From an uncultured Gemmataceae bacterium (GTDB taxonomy: Bacteria > Planctomycetota > Planctomycetia > Gemmatales > Gemmataceae): a stretch of DNA of 64,000 bases. The position numbers were made by a program, and so were the translations under genes. How positions within the stretch are numbered: the stretch's first letter is position 1; every line of letters starts with the position of its first letter. Below the pieces are notes generated by a model. The model saw nothing but the letters and a program-made list of their open reading frames with translations. It did not search any database and was not told the origin of the DNA. The stretch covers positions 544,001 through 608,000 of the forward strand of contig CAVVPN010000003.1 of NCBI GenBank assembly GCA_963750165.1, given 5' to 3'. Positions 21,101-31,300 of the stretch are shown here, piece by piece.

Positions 21101-22366
21101 CTGATCTTCCGACCCCGATGGCGGGACGTTGGTCTGGACGGCGAAATCGGTGTTGGCCAGCCGCCAGCCGTTGCCGAAGGTGCCGGACTGGTTGGCGGTG
21201 AGCGAATCGTACTGACGGGTCAGGGTCACCGACACACCGCCGAGCTGCACCGTCAGGTCGGACTCAGTGCGCAGGTACTGTGTGGACTTGGCCGCCGTGT
21301 CCACTTCGACCACGGCTTCGGTCTGGCTGGTGCGGCCGCTGATGTTCGTTGCCGTCAGCCGGAGTTCGTAGAATCCGTTCTCCAGGGCGGTCGGGTCGAA
21401 CGACGCCAGGGCGCCTGAGAACACGTTGGCGTTGCCCTGCGCCAGGGTGGTGAAGTCGGTGCTCCCGAGCGGCGCGAAATCCAGCACCCACGAATCCAGG
21501 TTCGTGTCGCTGATCGTGCCGACGACGCTCGTCGGAGCCTTCAGCGGGTCCGCGCTCAGGTGCGGGTCGAGTTCCACGACCGGCACGGCAAGGTCGTTCG
21601 GGTCGCGCACCTTGAGCACGGTGGCGTACTGGCCGACGAGCCCGTCGCCGTCGGTCGCCGATGCGTTGACGGAGTAGCGACCGGGGGTTGGTGGGGTGAA
21701 CGTCCCGCGGCCCTGGCTGTCGAGGGTGAGCACCTGGCCGTTCACCTCGGCGGTGAGCCCGGCGATCGGCGCGACGCTGGCGGCGATGACGTGGATCAGC
21801 ACCGGCGACCCGGGCAGGTCCGGGAAGCTCGGGGTCAGGACGACCTGGACGCTCGGCGCCATCGAGGCGAGCGTGGACCGCAGGAGCACCGTCTGACTGG
21901 TGCTCGTCTGGCTGTCGGCGGCGGAGAACGTCACCGAGTAATCACCCACCTGGGTCGGCCCGGGCGTCCAGGTGAACTGACCCGTTTGCGCGTTCAGAAC
22001 GGCCCCTTCGGGCATTCCGAGGGCCGAGTAACTCAGGGTCAGTCCCTGGTTCAGCTCGGTGCCCACCAGTTGGAAGTTGAGTGCTTGACCGACGACCGCG
22101 GAGTGGCCGATCACACTCAGGGTCGGGGTGCGGTACGTCGGATCGATGTGGACCTGGACGGAGATGGTGTCACTCAGCCCGGTCGCATCGGTGGCACTGA
22201 ACTGGACCGTGTAGTCGCCCGCCTGAACGTAGTTCGGGGTCCACTGGAACTCGCCCGAAGTATTGTTGAACGTCGCGCCGGTCGGGAGCCCGGTGGCGCT
22301 GTAGGCAACCGGGTCGCCGTTCGGGTCGCCGGCGACGACGGCGAACTGGATCGGCGTCCCCTCGCG
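12146..22366 (-). CDS. Giant protein C-terminal segment: He_PIG, YD repeats, dockerin, Ig (Big_2/Big_9), YVTN beta-propeller, PG-binding + murein endopeptidase, HExxH, Big_3, terminal dockerin
   Basis: ORF 12146-22114 extends in frame to ~22366; motifs YSYDSAGNL, GDVNGDGTVNGVD, PYGLRGLAINSDGSRLYV, HEMGHVLGLPD, DINGDGVVD. Confidence 0.85.
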   Translation of the reverse strand, partial: REGTPIQFAVVAGDPNGDPVAYSATGLPTGATFNNTSGEFQWTPNYVQAGDYTVQFSATDATGLSDTISVQVHIDPTYRTPTLSVIGHSAVVGQALNFQLVGTELNQGLTLSYSALGMPEGAVLNAQTGQFTWTPGPTQVGDYSVTFSAADSQTSTSQTVLLRSTLASMAPSVQVVLTPSFPDLPGSPVLIHVIAASVAPIAGLTAEVNGQVLTLDSQGRGTFTPPTPGRYSVNASATDGDGLVGQYATVLKVRDPNDLAVPVVELDPHLSADPLKAPTSVVGTISDTNLDSWVLDFAPLGSTDFTTLAQGNANVFSGALASFDPTALENGFYELRLTATNISGRTSQTEAVVEVDTAAKSTQYLRTESDLTVQLGGVSVTLTRQYDSLTANQSGTFGNGWRLANTDFAVQTNVPPSGSEDQGVYNPFRVGTRLYLTLPDGSRVGFTFEPVAHTQTGVTYYTPAWQADPGMNWMLSSAGGVLVKAGDRFYDLKTAVPYNPASGQFSGAAYTLTGPDGTVYDLSATGKLVEETTPGGTVLYFTNGGITSSTGDTLTFVTDAQGRIATITASDGSQVVYSYDSAGNLMSARNIALGQSSRYGYSAGTHLLDLIVSPVASDSAVVQYTPAPLVLPLTANLGTSGQFLTSTQTGTLSAGGTDRYVFTFRASEIGSTNSGEIYLGVQVTPTAGSSLQPGIPVIAGLTPLMTSSGPNGSFALFTITSEGLELLDVPSANGTSGGYSLRPFVAGDVNGDGTVNGVDGQLLAAALGTSVGQPGYVLGADANLDGTVSAADEQLLAADLGFQSSQPPSVTAGQALTHQDLPTTVDLLTLATDPLGDPLYYRVMSAQDGTAVLNPDGHTVTFTPAPGYTGPASFQFQADDGYGTSPAGTVSVTVSSAALVGLDITDRAPELNPGDTQQMTITGDFADQQGVALPASYVTFQTTDPTVTTVAATGQLTAVAPGSAALVVSSHGIQAATVVNVDDPDLDATPDYTGLAVYPQALALAPGSSRQLEVTQDGQDASEAASGALYFSSNTAVAQVSADGLVTVVAPGSAKVTVIQNGQELVVPVTGSPPLVGPATVGPVGGVVSAANGALVKIPPGALSQPAQVSITPYQGTLPLTLPNWVTAASPFNLDFGGASLNQPVEVAIPMPGVTPGTTVVFYRYGSMPDGSGGTVSLWLQTDSGVIGTDGYARPASQYPHIWLPGIYVAAAVAVNTALLTASITLGAGFTATGAFLVGTTAGVYALTATTAALTTLLLTAPVGPNTFKFVSIPVLGPPLAQVQQIGINADAANTFQTTFMPDPSYEPQVAQITSLKLDFNQTTPLLDISGQNLLGPGGTTPNVWFNPPGQGTPMAAQVVGSPTDTLVQVQVPPTLAVGTLTVDITKLDPDTNEELVSNAPSLTPTGGYLFAAQYSSGQNSLGQLAVLDARPVLVNLNDPTQTTANPNFNQLVAEISLGSGSFPGDVAVTHDNTRAYVTELGYQGIAVVDAMALRQVATVTGLPPYAAPYQITIDPADQYAYVTDESHPLVYVIDIDPASPHYNTLRYTINLDDPTNAVVQQFGGINPAPYGLRGLAINSDGSRLYVAVPNTLPTEELPPTPPVPANGHIFVIDLTLGSNKIPSWQLVNSIDAGQDPFGVTAGPDDSITFTDYVHNDQAFGLITKGGTTANFTGFSFQGNANDEFEVNNARAVAITPDGKYAFVAGYNLPDPNIPSHNQGVPAFNPAGSTIGIIANPFTDPKLVAATRTIPNGYPFDLAVSPDGNYLYASFAGIPVTGGSGALMVYDIRQISDTLNNTGLPDNIAQVLQEAPGILTVQGIDAVNPAIDVDANYQLPPSVVYNPSLIDSYAPSFEPVNPAPGDEPPIAIGGLPHGLAMQSYLVGVTSGDSDTGSPEYLQTSGSQQFANDNIVVDTGSGPHGYGDIVEENLKDLIHGASDFILDINSFDASGADVLLYTPPAPNTMPAQFDIVQPPNLISPGLQPTASSSFASTGIFYLAPKITDQEVLGLRNGIIPPATWVWGTFSFTYPGYGRQYGTLYVRIGNNGSPDYSSFSLDTRAVGPANNAIDVSPQSGSNFVLDYALDVYRVQQRLRYLGYPETTAAPTTMTTIPGARSMVPFPAPYTPQPEGLVVNGQPDDATIYAIKLFQAALVTGQNGNYTVAAQSGVVTASQDPLQTLSYLNAANAQVWNQLAQASPYSGFYNLHSPALTNSSVTWGTQWIGQVLAAVTKVATYNPFDFYNFQIGDISLSQGGPFWAPGKKNPSHHDHQGGIEFDVDPTGPIHVAEGIAPNAHLFFQWFNQKTGPTAALYGLAAAQDPSGTVPGVGVLWEYYGTNAQGTNVFAVRSVADTLQSLFIGTGVWQGWLPVPATELLGSNAKAKLSLLYDLGLLAYDPVYLNVVRPLLINQFNDFKQLNAQANATAPTVGQIFYDDPYFWHDPASGFVGFVSWSSGHNGHYHVRIAAPSPQPLPQQALLQDPTPAPSTVPASETVTPNILGTVVAQAIADWAAAGASAAQIQALQTATYQIGTLPADEVGSTTVNVVTISPDAAGTGWFIDPTPEDNSVFSQTVVPTEFDATSSSPAYGAVDLLTVVEHEMGHVLGLPDVDNSAEPHDLMDLTITPGVRRIPQLADLLALDPIDQTAQPTGTGTVAAISNPGTVAAVANAASPPPTPTTLTSTQTPITSSGTTSGTPSGATQFTLPLAQSSITPIAAYGEPLLLSPPSGPVGPFTNGQFNQGSNNLAAWSTSEPQYVIVNANHQAVISESATNAEVDLYQDFLIPTGASTLTFTVNGFTYDQSVPSGATPDAFGVSLLDPTTQATLVPSAEGQTDSFFAQDVVPGSTPVAATGVTVTASATSGSEVVTLDISSLQGLAGRLVFRFIGGSDASQLNGSVSISDVAVASATTTTLTSDAPSGSVYGQTVTFSATVQSATGGVVPAGSVTFYDGQAVLGTSDLVGRVATLPVSTLSVGQHFITASYTGQDDSLPSSTPVALEQDVNSSLTVISVTTTTANGTYGVGATILMSVSFNGTVNVTGTPQLALDSGGTASYTRGSGSSTLVFTYVVAGGQNSSHLDYTDSNALSLNGGAIRDADGNAVVLTLASAGGPGSLGASSNLVIDTVAPAVTNVTTTTANGTYGIGTTILVQVTFSKPVVVTGTPQLALNSGGTAQYTSGSGTSTLSFTYVVGAGENSARLDAATSFALALEGGSIADTDNNPNPALLALSAPGTAGSLSANSNLVIDTTAPTVLHFYVLFGSQKYDLIGSARFDLPWQITGIEVVFSKPIASADANSLAGLSVTGFSGLGTDSLTWTISPLTIGAFSTLLAGSGPDAVKDAAGNTLGDGFAQNFNVLYGDTLGHGAVDAADVVAVRNAIGQPYDIFMDINGDGVVDNTDMGLARSRIGAHL

Positions 22367-25300
22367 CCGGACTGCGGCACCAGCGGCACCAGGGTCGGGG
22401 CCTGGTTCAGGTGCGCGACCGTGACGCTCACGGTGGTGGACGCGCTCAGGTAGCCGTCGCTGGCGGTGACGCCGATGGTGTAGTTCCCCTCCTCGAAGGT
22501 GTTCGGCGTCCAGGTGATCGTCCCGGTGCGCGGGTCGATGGCCGCGCCGGGCGGCAGGCCGGTGGCCGCGTAGGTGAGCGCGTTGCCGTCCGCGTCCGTG
22601 GCGGCCACGGTCACCGAGAAGGGCTGGCCGGCGACGACCGCCTGGGGGTTGACCGGCGGGAACATCGGCGCATCATCGCTGGCGCGGACGGTGATGTGAA
22701 CCGTCTGCTCGTCACCCAGCACCGGACCGGCGCCATTGTTGCCGTTATCGGCCACCTGGAAGACCACCGTGTCCATCCCGGCGTCGGCGTCGGCGGGCGT
22801 CCAGGCGAACACCGCCTGACCGTACGTGTTCGTCGGAGTCAAGGTCGCGGTGCCCGGCAGGCCCAGCGCGCTGAAGGTGAGCGGATCCTGGTCGCCGTCG
22901 GTGGCCTGGAGGGTGAACTGCAACGGCTGACCGATGACGGCCACCTTGTCGCCGGTGGGGACCAGGTGGGGCGGTTCGTTGGGCACGTTCACCGAAAGCA
23001 CAAATGACTGGCTCGTGGACAGGATCGCATACCGGCCGTTCCCGTCGCCGTTGTCGGTGGCGGTCAGGGTGATCGTGTAGTTGCCGCGGTCGGACAGCCC
23101 CGGCGCGAACTGGAACTGCCCGGTCCCGTCGCCGTTGTCCATGAACGTGGCGAACGTTGGCAGGCCGGTCACGGTCAACTTCAGCGGGTCGCCGTCCGGG
23201 TCGGTGGCCGTCACCGGCAGCGCCAGGGTCGCGCCCCCGTTCACGGTCTGGTTGGCAATGGTCGGAACGACCGGGGCCTGGTTAACGTTCAGCACCGTGA
23301 TCGGCACCGTGACGCTGGTGCTGAGCGGGGTGCCGGTGCCGTCGCCGTCGTTGGTGGCGGTGAACGTGACGTTGTACGTCCCGGCGTCGGTGTAGCCCGT
23401 CCGCCAGTTGAACTCGGCCGTGACCGGGTCGAACGTCGCGTCGGCGGGCAACCCGCTGACGGTATAGGTGATCGTCGGGTTGGTGCCCTCGAGCGGGGTG
23501 AGCGTCCCGTTCGCGGTCCGGTCCTGGGGGATGAACCCTGGGTTATTCGGGTCCGTGGCGAACGCCAGGAACGTGATGTCCTGGCCTTCGGCCACGCGCC
23601 ACCCGCCCAGGTTGTCGAACACCGGGGGTGCGTTCACGTTCAGCACTGTGAACGTGGTCGTCACAGTGGTGGACTGCTGCCCGTTGTTGACGGTGAACGG
23701 GACCTGGTAGACGCCGTGCTGATCGTACCCTGGGGTCCAGTCGAACACACCCGTGTTCGGGTCCAGGTACGCGCCACCTGGCAGGAAGGCGCTCGAGTAC
23801 GTGAGCGCCAGACCGTTCGGGTCGGTCGCCGCGAGCGGGATGTGGATCGACTCGCCCTCGAGCACGGTGCGGTCTGCCGGGCGCTGGATTGCCGGCGGCT
23901 GAACGGTCGGCGCGATGAGCAGCGTTGTAGTTTCGCTCACCGTGCTGATCCCGTCGCTGACGAAGAACGTGACGTTCAGGTACGTGCCCGCCTGCCCGGC
24001 GGCCGGGGTCCAGGTGAGGGTCTGTTGCTGCTCATCGAACACCGCGCCGGGTGGCAGGTTGTCGGCCCAGTAGACGAGCGGGTTGTCGGCGGGGTCGGTG
24101 GCGCTGACGGCGATCTGGAGCTGTTGCCCTTCCTGGCCGTTCTCGATGGCTGGCAGCGAGGTGAACACCGGCGGCGCGTTCACGCCGGAAACGGATACGG
24201 TGAACGTCTGCTGGGCGTGCGAACCGCGGGAGTTGTACACCTCGACGATCACCGAAGCCTGACCCGGGCTGGCTACGGTCGGCGTCCAGGTGATGAGGCC
24301 CGAGCGCGGGTCGATCGTCATCCCGGCCGGACCCTGGTACAGCAGGTAGCTCAGCGCGGCGTCGTTCGGGTCGTGGGCCGCGACCTGATACTGGTATTCC
24401 TGGCCGACGGCCCCCGTCGCGACCGGCTGCGAGTCGATGATCGGCGGCGCGCTCGGGGCCGGCATGGCCAGCGCGCCGGTCTGGAACGACGGGCGCAGCC
24501 CGGATGGGTCCGAGAACGTGATGGTGATCGGCGCGGACGTCTGGCCGGGCGTCAGCCGCCCGCCCGCCACCGCGCTGCTGAGGTCCACCCACCAGGTCCC
24601 AGTGGGCGACTGCTGGCCCGGCAGGTTGAGCACCCGGGCGTCGGTCGGGCCGAGCGAGTCGAAGGTCAGGACGAACGGCGCCAGGATGTCGTAGCCGGTG
24701 ATGTTGGTCAGGGTGATGTCGTACGAGTACGTCTGGGTGACCGCGTCCGCCCGGCCGTTGGCGAAGTGGATGGTCACGAGCGCGGTGGCGTCGGCCACCG
24801 CGCGAAAGTCGGTGGCGTAAGGGGAAACGAGGGTCAGGCCGTTGGCGGCCTCGACGCCGATGCCGACCGTGAGGGTGTAGTGGTCCGGGGCGAGGGAATC
24901 GAACGTCAGGACAGCCGTCCGGGTGGCCGCGGCGTAGGTGACGCCGGAGATGGTGATCGGGCCGGCGTTGTCTCCGACGAGGGTGTAGTTGGCCGGGTTG
25001 GTGACCGAGTTCGGGTCGGTCGGGCTGTCGGCCAGCATGTCCTCGTCGAACGTGACGCTCAGGCTCCCCAGGGGCAGCGCCACGAGCCCCTGCGCCGGCG
25101 GGTTGGTGCTCGACACCAGGGGCGGCTGGATCGGGCTGATTACGTCGATCTGGTTCGTCTGGCTCAGGAACACCCGGCCGTCGGCGCTGGTCTTGAGTTC
25201 GTCGCCGCGGGTGCCGCCGGTCGCCACCGCGACCTGCTGGAGGGTGGCCAGATCGACCATCGAGAGTTCGGTCCCGGACGCGCCCGGGTCCGGCTCATCG

Positions 25301-28300
25301 TGCGACACGAACAGAAGCCCGTCGAGCTTGCTCCCCGAAACGCCGAAGGCGATCGAATCGACCGGCGCGGCGAACTGGAGCATCACCTGCGGTGAAACCG
25401 CCGACTGAGGCTTGGTCAGGTCGAACCGGACCACGTCGTTGGTGCTGTCCGGCCAGGCGGCGGCCCACAGGCTGCCGTCCGGGGCGAACGCCAGGCTGCC
25501 GACCCGGATGTCGCTGTAGTGGCGGAACGTGTGCGCCACCGGGTCGAAGATCTCGATCCCGCTGCCGGACGACACGTAAATGAGGCCGGTGCCGGGCTGG
25601 ATCGCGAGGCTCTGGGTCAGGCTGTCGCCCCACTGGCCAAGCACCGCGACGGTGGTCGGGTTCAGTTCCACCAGGGGGCCGCCGCCGGTGGTGGCCCAGA
25701 CGTTCCCGGCGCTGTCGAGCGCCATGTCGTAGATTGGGAACGGCTCGGTCGCCAGCGGCGTGCCGGCCGTGCCGCCGCCGCTGGGGAACAGGAACAACTG
25801 ATTGCGGGCCGGGCCGCCGCTGGCGAGGACGGTGTGGTCGGGCAGCGGCAGCAGCGCCAGCGGGCCGATGCCGGCCTCGCTCTGGCCGATGCCGGTGGCG
25901 AACGCCTGGGCCGAGAACGGCTGGAGCACGCTCTTGAACTCGGACGGATTGCTCGCCGGGGTCGAGGCCGGGATCCCCTGCTGGGCCTGGGTGAACAGCG
26001 CGTTGGTGGACTGACCGGTGGGCTGGGCGGGAGTACCGAGGCTCGTCTGGGTGGTCGTGACCGTGGGGAGGGTGCCCAGGTTCGCACCCGAGCCGGAATC
26101 CGGAACCAAGAGCGGCGGCGGCGGTGGCTCGACGTTGCCGGCGTTGTCGGTGGCCAGCGCCAGGAACTGGTACATGTGCCCGGCCTGGCCGTTGTAGATG
26201 CCGCTGGTGGCGGTGGTCTGGTCGAGCCAGATCTGGTAGTCGCCGCCGTCCTCGGACACGAACACGGTCACCGATTTGACCCCGGACCCGCCCGGGTCGT
26301 CGGTGGCGGTCCACTGGACGTTGTAATCGGACCCGCCGGGCGTGATGGGGGCGACCGTCAGGGTCGTGGTTGGGGCCGTGCCGTCCACGGTGCTGGTGGC
26401 GGTGTTGGTGGTTTGCGGGGGCGCGTTGTTGAGCTGCACCTGGGCCTGGGCGCTGATGGTCGTGCCGGTGGCCAGCCCGGCCAGCGGCTGGACCGTGTAC
26501 GTGACGAACCCTTCACCGGCCCCGCTGGCGTCATTCGGCGGGAGCAGCCCCCTGGTCGGGTTCTGGATGAGCGTACCGGTGTTCGGGTCGATCGCCTGGA
26601 TGAGCCAGGTGATGGCGTCGCTACTGATGTCGATGCCGGCCGAGACGCGGAGGATGAACCCCTTCGTATCGGTGTAGTCGAAGTCGCCCTGGAACGAGCC
26701 CAGTCCCGCCGGAATGTTGACCGACAGATCCCCGATCTGGAGGCTGCCGAGGCGGAAGCTGCGCGGGTCCAGCTTCGGGTCGAGCTGTTCAATGATCTGG
26801 ATCTGATTGGTTGTGGAGGACGCGCCGGCGGGGTTGGCGAACTGGATCGTGTACGGCAGCGCGTGGCCCACCGGGACAAACTGCTGGACCCCGAACCCGT
26901 ACGGGCCGGTGATCGTGTCCTGGCCCTGGGCAGCCGTCGCGGAGAGGTACTGGGTCAGGTTCGGCGGCGCGACCGTGACAAAGTTCGGGTTCTCGGGGTG
27001 GGTCACGTCGGAACCGGCCGAGTCGTCGTCGCCCGGACCGGCGTCAAAATCGTTGGCGTACGGGACGTACACGTTGAACGCCTCGAAGTGGGTCGGCTGG
27101 GAGGCTTGCAGGTCGTACATGCTGGCCGGCGGGGTGTTGGCCTGGAGGTATGGTCCGCTCCCGTCGTCGTCCGCCGGGTTCAGGTCCTCCCCGGTGCCGA
27201 TGTACGGGGACACCTGCGTCTGGTCGCCCCCGTACCAGGTGCGCACCTGGGCGAAGAACTGGGTCAGGTTCCCGGTGGTAATGATCTGCTGGCCGGCCGG
27301 GCCGGCGAGGATCCCAGCACTCAGGGTGGCGATCAGGCTCGGCACCAGCGGGTTGGCCCGCACCGCGGGTGGCACATCGACCGGCTGGAGGATCCCGGCC
27401 TGGGACAGGGCCGTCAGGTACAGCGCGTCCCAGTTGGTCGCGTCGGCCGCCAGGATCTGGAGGCCCGGCGCGGCCGTCGGGTCCTTGAGGATGGCCTGCC
27501 GGAGCTGCTCGGCGAACGCGGTCTGCTGGGCGACGAACTCGGCGCCCGTCAGCGGCGTGGCCGCGGCCATGATGTGGAACGCGAACGCCGTTTCGGCCGG
27601 CGGGTTCATGCCCGCGCCGGGCGGGAGACCGTTGGGGTAGGTCTGGACGTTGAACGTCAGCCCGATGTTCGAGCGGTCGGCGAAATTGACGGCGTAGCCG
27701 GTGGCCAGGTCCTCGCCCCCGGTGTTGATGACGTTGCCGGCGGTGTCCCAGGCCACGCCGGACACGTTCGGATCACTGTCGGCGCCCAGGTTGGTGGTGA
27801 ACCCCAGGTACGGGACCGGGGGGGATGAGCCGTCGCCGGGGTTCAGCGGCAGGGCCGGGATCCCGTACTGGAACTCGACGTAGGGGATATCGACGTTGGT
27901 GAGGCTCTGGAGAGTGAACCCGTAGAGCCCGGAACTTCCGGCCCAGACGACCCGCGGGCCGCCGAGCCCGACCGTGACGTCCGGGGGTAGCGCCTGCTCG
28001 ACCAGGTATCGGTACGGGGCGAACGCGGTCGAGCCGTCCGGGTTGATCACCTCGATGTCGTACAGCCCGTGCGGGGCGCTCGTGAGGTCGAAGATGGCCA
28101 CGATGGTGGTGCTGTTCACCACCTGGTAACTGGCCGGCTCGTATTCGGCGAACCCGGGACGGACCAGCTTGACGACGGCATCCGGGGAGAACTGCGCGCC
28201 GGTGATGGTGGTGGTGACGTACTTGCTGTCGCCCCCGTTGTCCGGGGTCACGTCGGTGACCTCGAACGGCAGCACCTGCGCCAGGAGGGTGACCGCCGTG

Positions 28301-31300
28301 GGGCCGGACGGTTCCGACTGCCCACGGACCAGGACGTAGTACACCCCAGCCTTCGTGGAAGGGATGACGGCGTACTGGTTCGCCTGGAGCGGGCCCTGGT
28401 AGATGGCGTCGTAGACGGACCCGGTCGGGACCGCGTTGTACCGCAGGTACAGTTCGTTGGACGCCGCCGGATCGGACGAGGTGAGGTCCACGCGCAGGGT
28501 CTGGCCCTGTGCCACGGTCACCTGGTAGAGCTGGGTCTGGCCGGTGGCGAGGGTGGTGCTCAGGGGCACGCCCAGGTGCAACTCGGGCACGGTCACGCTC
28601 ACCACGTCCGCCGAGGCGGTGGTGTTGTTGAGCTTGTTGCTCTCGGGCACCTGGTCGAAGATGTCGGTGCGGACGATCACCCGGTACTGCCCGGCGCGAC
28701 GGCGGGCATGGTGACATCGGTGGCGCCGGTGTACGTCTGGCCCGGCATGAGCGTGCCGCCGGAGTATCTGATCGTGCCCAGGAGCGGATCACTGATGGAC
28801 CAGGTGGCGTCCGGGGACAGGTACAGGGCGTCGCTCCAGGAGCCGTACGCCGCGTACGTGCCGATGTTCTCGACCGTCCACTGAATGTGGGCCGACTGAC
28901 CGGCCATGGCCGACCCCGGCACGGGGACCGTTTCGACCTCAAGGTCGGCCGGCGGCGGCTGGTCGATGATGAGCGGGACGGTGGTGGCGGTGGCGTTGTT
29001 GGTCTCGTTGGACTCGTACACGCTGCCGCGCGGGTCCGCACCGACGAGCGGGTCGGTGATGACGATGACGTACCAGGGGCCGAGCAGACCCGTCGGGGTC
29101 TGGAAGGTGAGCGTGTTGGTGTAGCCGGCCCCGGCGGCCAGCGCGCCGGAGTGCTGGAAGAATCCGAGGTACGTGTCCGCCGGGTCCAGGATCGGGTCGC
29201 GCGACAGGTAGACGGCGTCGGTCCAACTGGTCTGCCGGGCGAGGGTGGCGCCGGCGCCCTCATTGGTGACCGTATACGTGACGGTAAACGACTGGCCGGA
29301 GTAAACGTGGTCGGTCTGCATCGGGTCGGGGCCGGCGGCCGCGGCCGCGGTGACCTGGAGGTCCGGCAACAGGGTCGCCTGGACCGGCAGGAGGCCTGCC
29401 GTAACGTTGTCCCCCTCACCCTGGAACTCCGGGACCATGTTCATGGCCTCGGTGACATACGGAACGTCCAGCGGCGTGGTGCTCGGCTTCACCGAGTCGG
29501 TGTAGACGAGGATGTAGTAGTTCCCCTGGATCCCGTACGGCAGGGTGACGTTGAGCCCGGCGGTGTACGAGCCGCCCATCGGCAGGCCGGACGTGTGAGG
29601 CACGACTCCCAAGGACACGGCGGTGTCGTCCAGCGACGGGGACTGCGACAGGTACACGCTATCGACCCAGTACCCCTCGCGGGTGTCGCGGCTGCCGACG
29701 TTGGTGACGGTCCAGGTGACCGGGATGGTGTCCCCGGCGTGCGGGGCCGTGGTCGGCACGACCAGGTTCGTCACCCGGAGGTCCGGCTCGCGGTAGAGCA
29801 CCGGGATCGACCCGCCGCCGATGTTGTTCGTCGGGTCCTCGTACCCGTTGCTCTCGAAGTAGTCGCGGCTGGCGTCGTTGTCCGTACCTCCCGTGCGCGT
29901 CAGGCCGTAGGGGTCCGTGACGACGTACACGTAGAACGGCGCCGGGGCGTTCCCCATGCCGCCGATGCCGCGCGGGAGCGTGAAGGTGAGCGTGCCGGTG
30001 TAGCTCTGCCCCGTGCCCAGCGGCTGGTCGTTGCTGTGTGGGACGCTCCCGACCAGAAGCGTGTATGCGTCGTCGGGCAGGAACGTCGAGTACGGGGACA
30101 CGTACACCTCGTCGGTCCAGTACCGGGTGCCGGACCAGACCGTGCGCCGAAGTTCTCGACAGTCCACTGAACGGCGGTTTTCTCGCCCGAGTAGTTGGAC
30201 GCGGGGCCGGTCACGGAGGTGACCCGGAGGTCGGCGGTCGGCAGCGGGGTGACCAGGGTCGATGCGGAAGCGGTGTTGTTGTTAGTGTACGGCCCCTCCC
30301 ATGTCGGGAGGGTATTGGGGCCGCCCGTATTGGTGTCCACGATCACGTACGTCCCGGAGATCTCCGGGGACAACTGGAACGTCTGCTGGGCCGTGTAACT
30401 GGCCCCGGCCGCGACGGCCCCGTCGTGCTCGACCACGCCCAGGAGCCACTGCTTGGCGCCAGGTGCGTTGAGGGTCGGCTGGTTCGACAGGTACACGGTG
30501 TCGTACAGGACCGAGTCCTCGGTCGGGCTTGTCCCCTCGTTCTGGACCGTCCAGCTCACCGTGTAGTTGTCCCCGCCCACCGCGGTCGCCTGCGGGTGGA
30601 CGGCGGTCACGACGAGGTCCGGCGGCGGGGTGAGCAGGACGGTGATCGGCCGGGCCTTGTAGTTGTCGTTGTTGAGCTGGTGCGGGTCGTCCGGGTTGAT
30701 GTTGACGTCGAAGGTGCTCTTGATGAGCGTGTCGAACGAGTCGGCCCAGGGTGTGATGTAGTACTGCCCGGAAATGTGCTTGGGCAGGGTGACCGTGGTG
30801 CTGACCGTGTAACTCCCGGGTGGGGACAGGACGCTCGGGTCGTTGCCCAGGACCCCCTGGTGGGTGAGTGTGGTCAGGAGTACGTCACCCTTCGACGGGT
30901 TCGGCCGGGTGGGGTCGTGGGTCAGCCAGATGGTGTCGGCCCAACTCGGCAGATCGGTCGGGCCGGCGCCCTTGTTGGACACAGTGTACTGGACGGTGAT
31001 GGTGGTGCCGTCGTACGTCTGGTCCGGGGCCGCCACCGCGCCGGTGACCAAGTCGGCCGGCGGCAGCGGGCTGATGGTGATCGGCCAAACGAACGTGTTA
31101 TTGTTGCCGTTCGGGCCCTCGTTCACCGCGTCGTCGCTGTTGGTCTGGACGATCAGGTACGCGGGGCCGCTGAACCGCTGGGGGATGACCAGGTCGCCGG
31201 TCTGGGTCTGGTACTCCGCGTTCGGGTCGAGGGCCGACTGGTTGGCGAACCTGCCCAGGAGCGTGGCGCTACCGTCGAGCGTGCCGTGGAGCGACAGGTA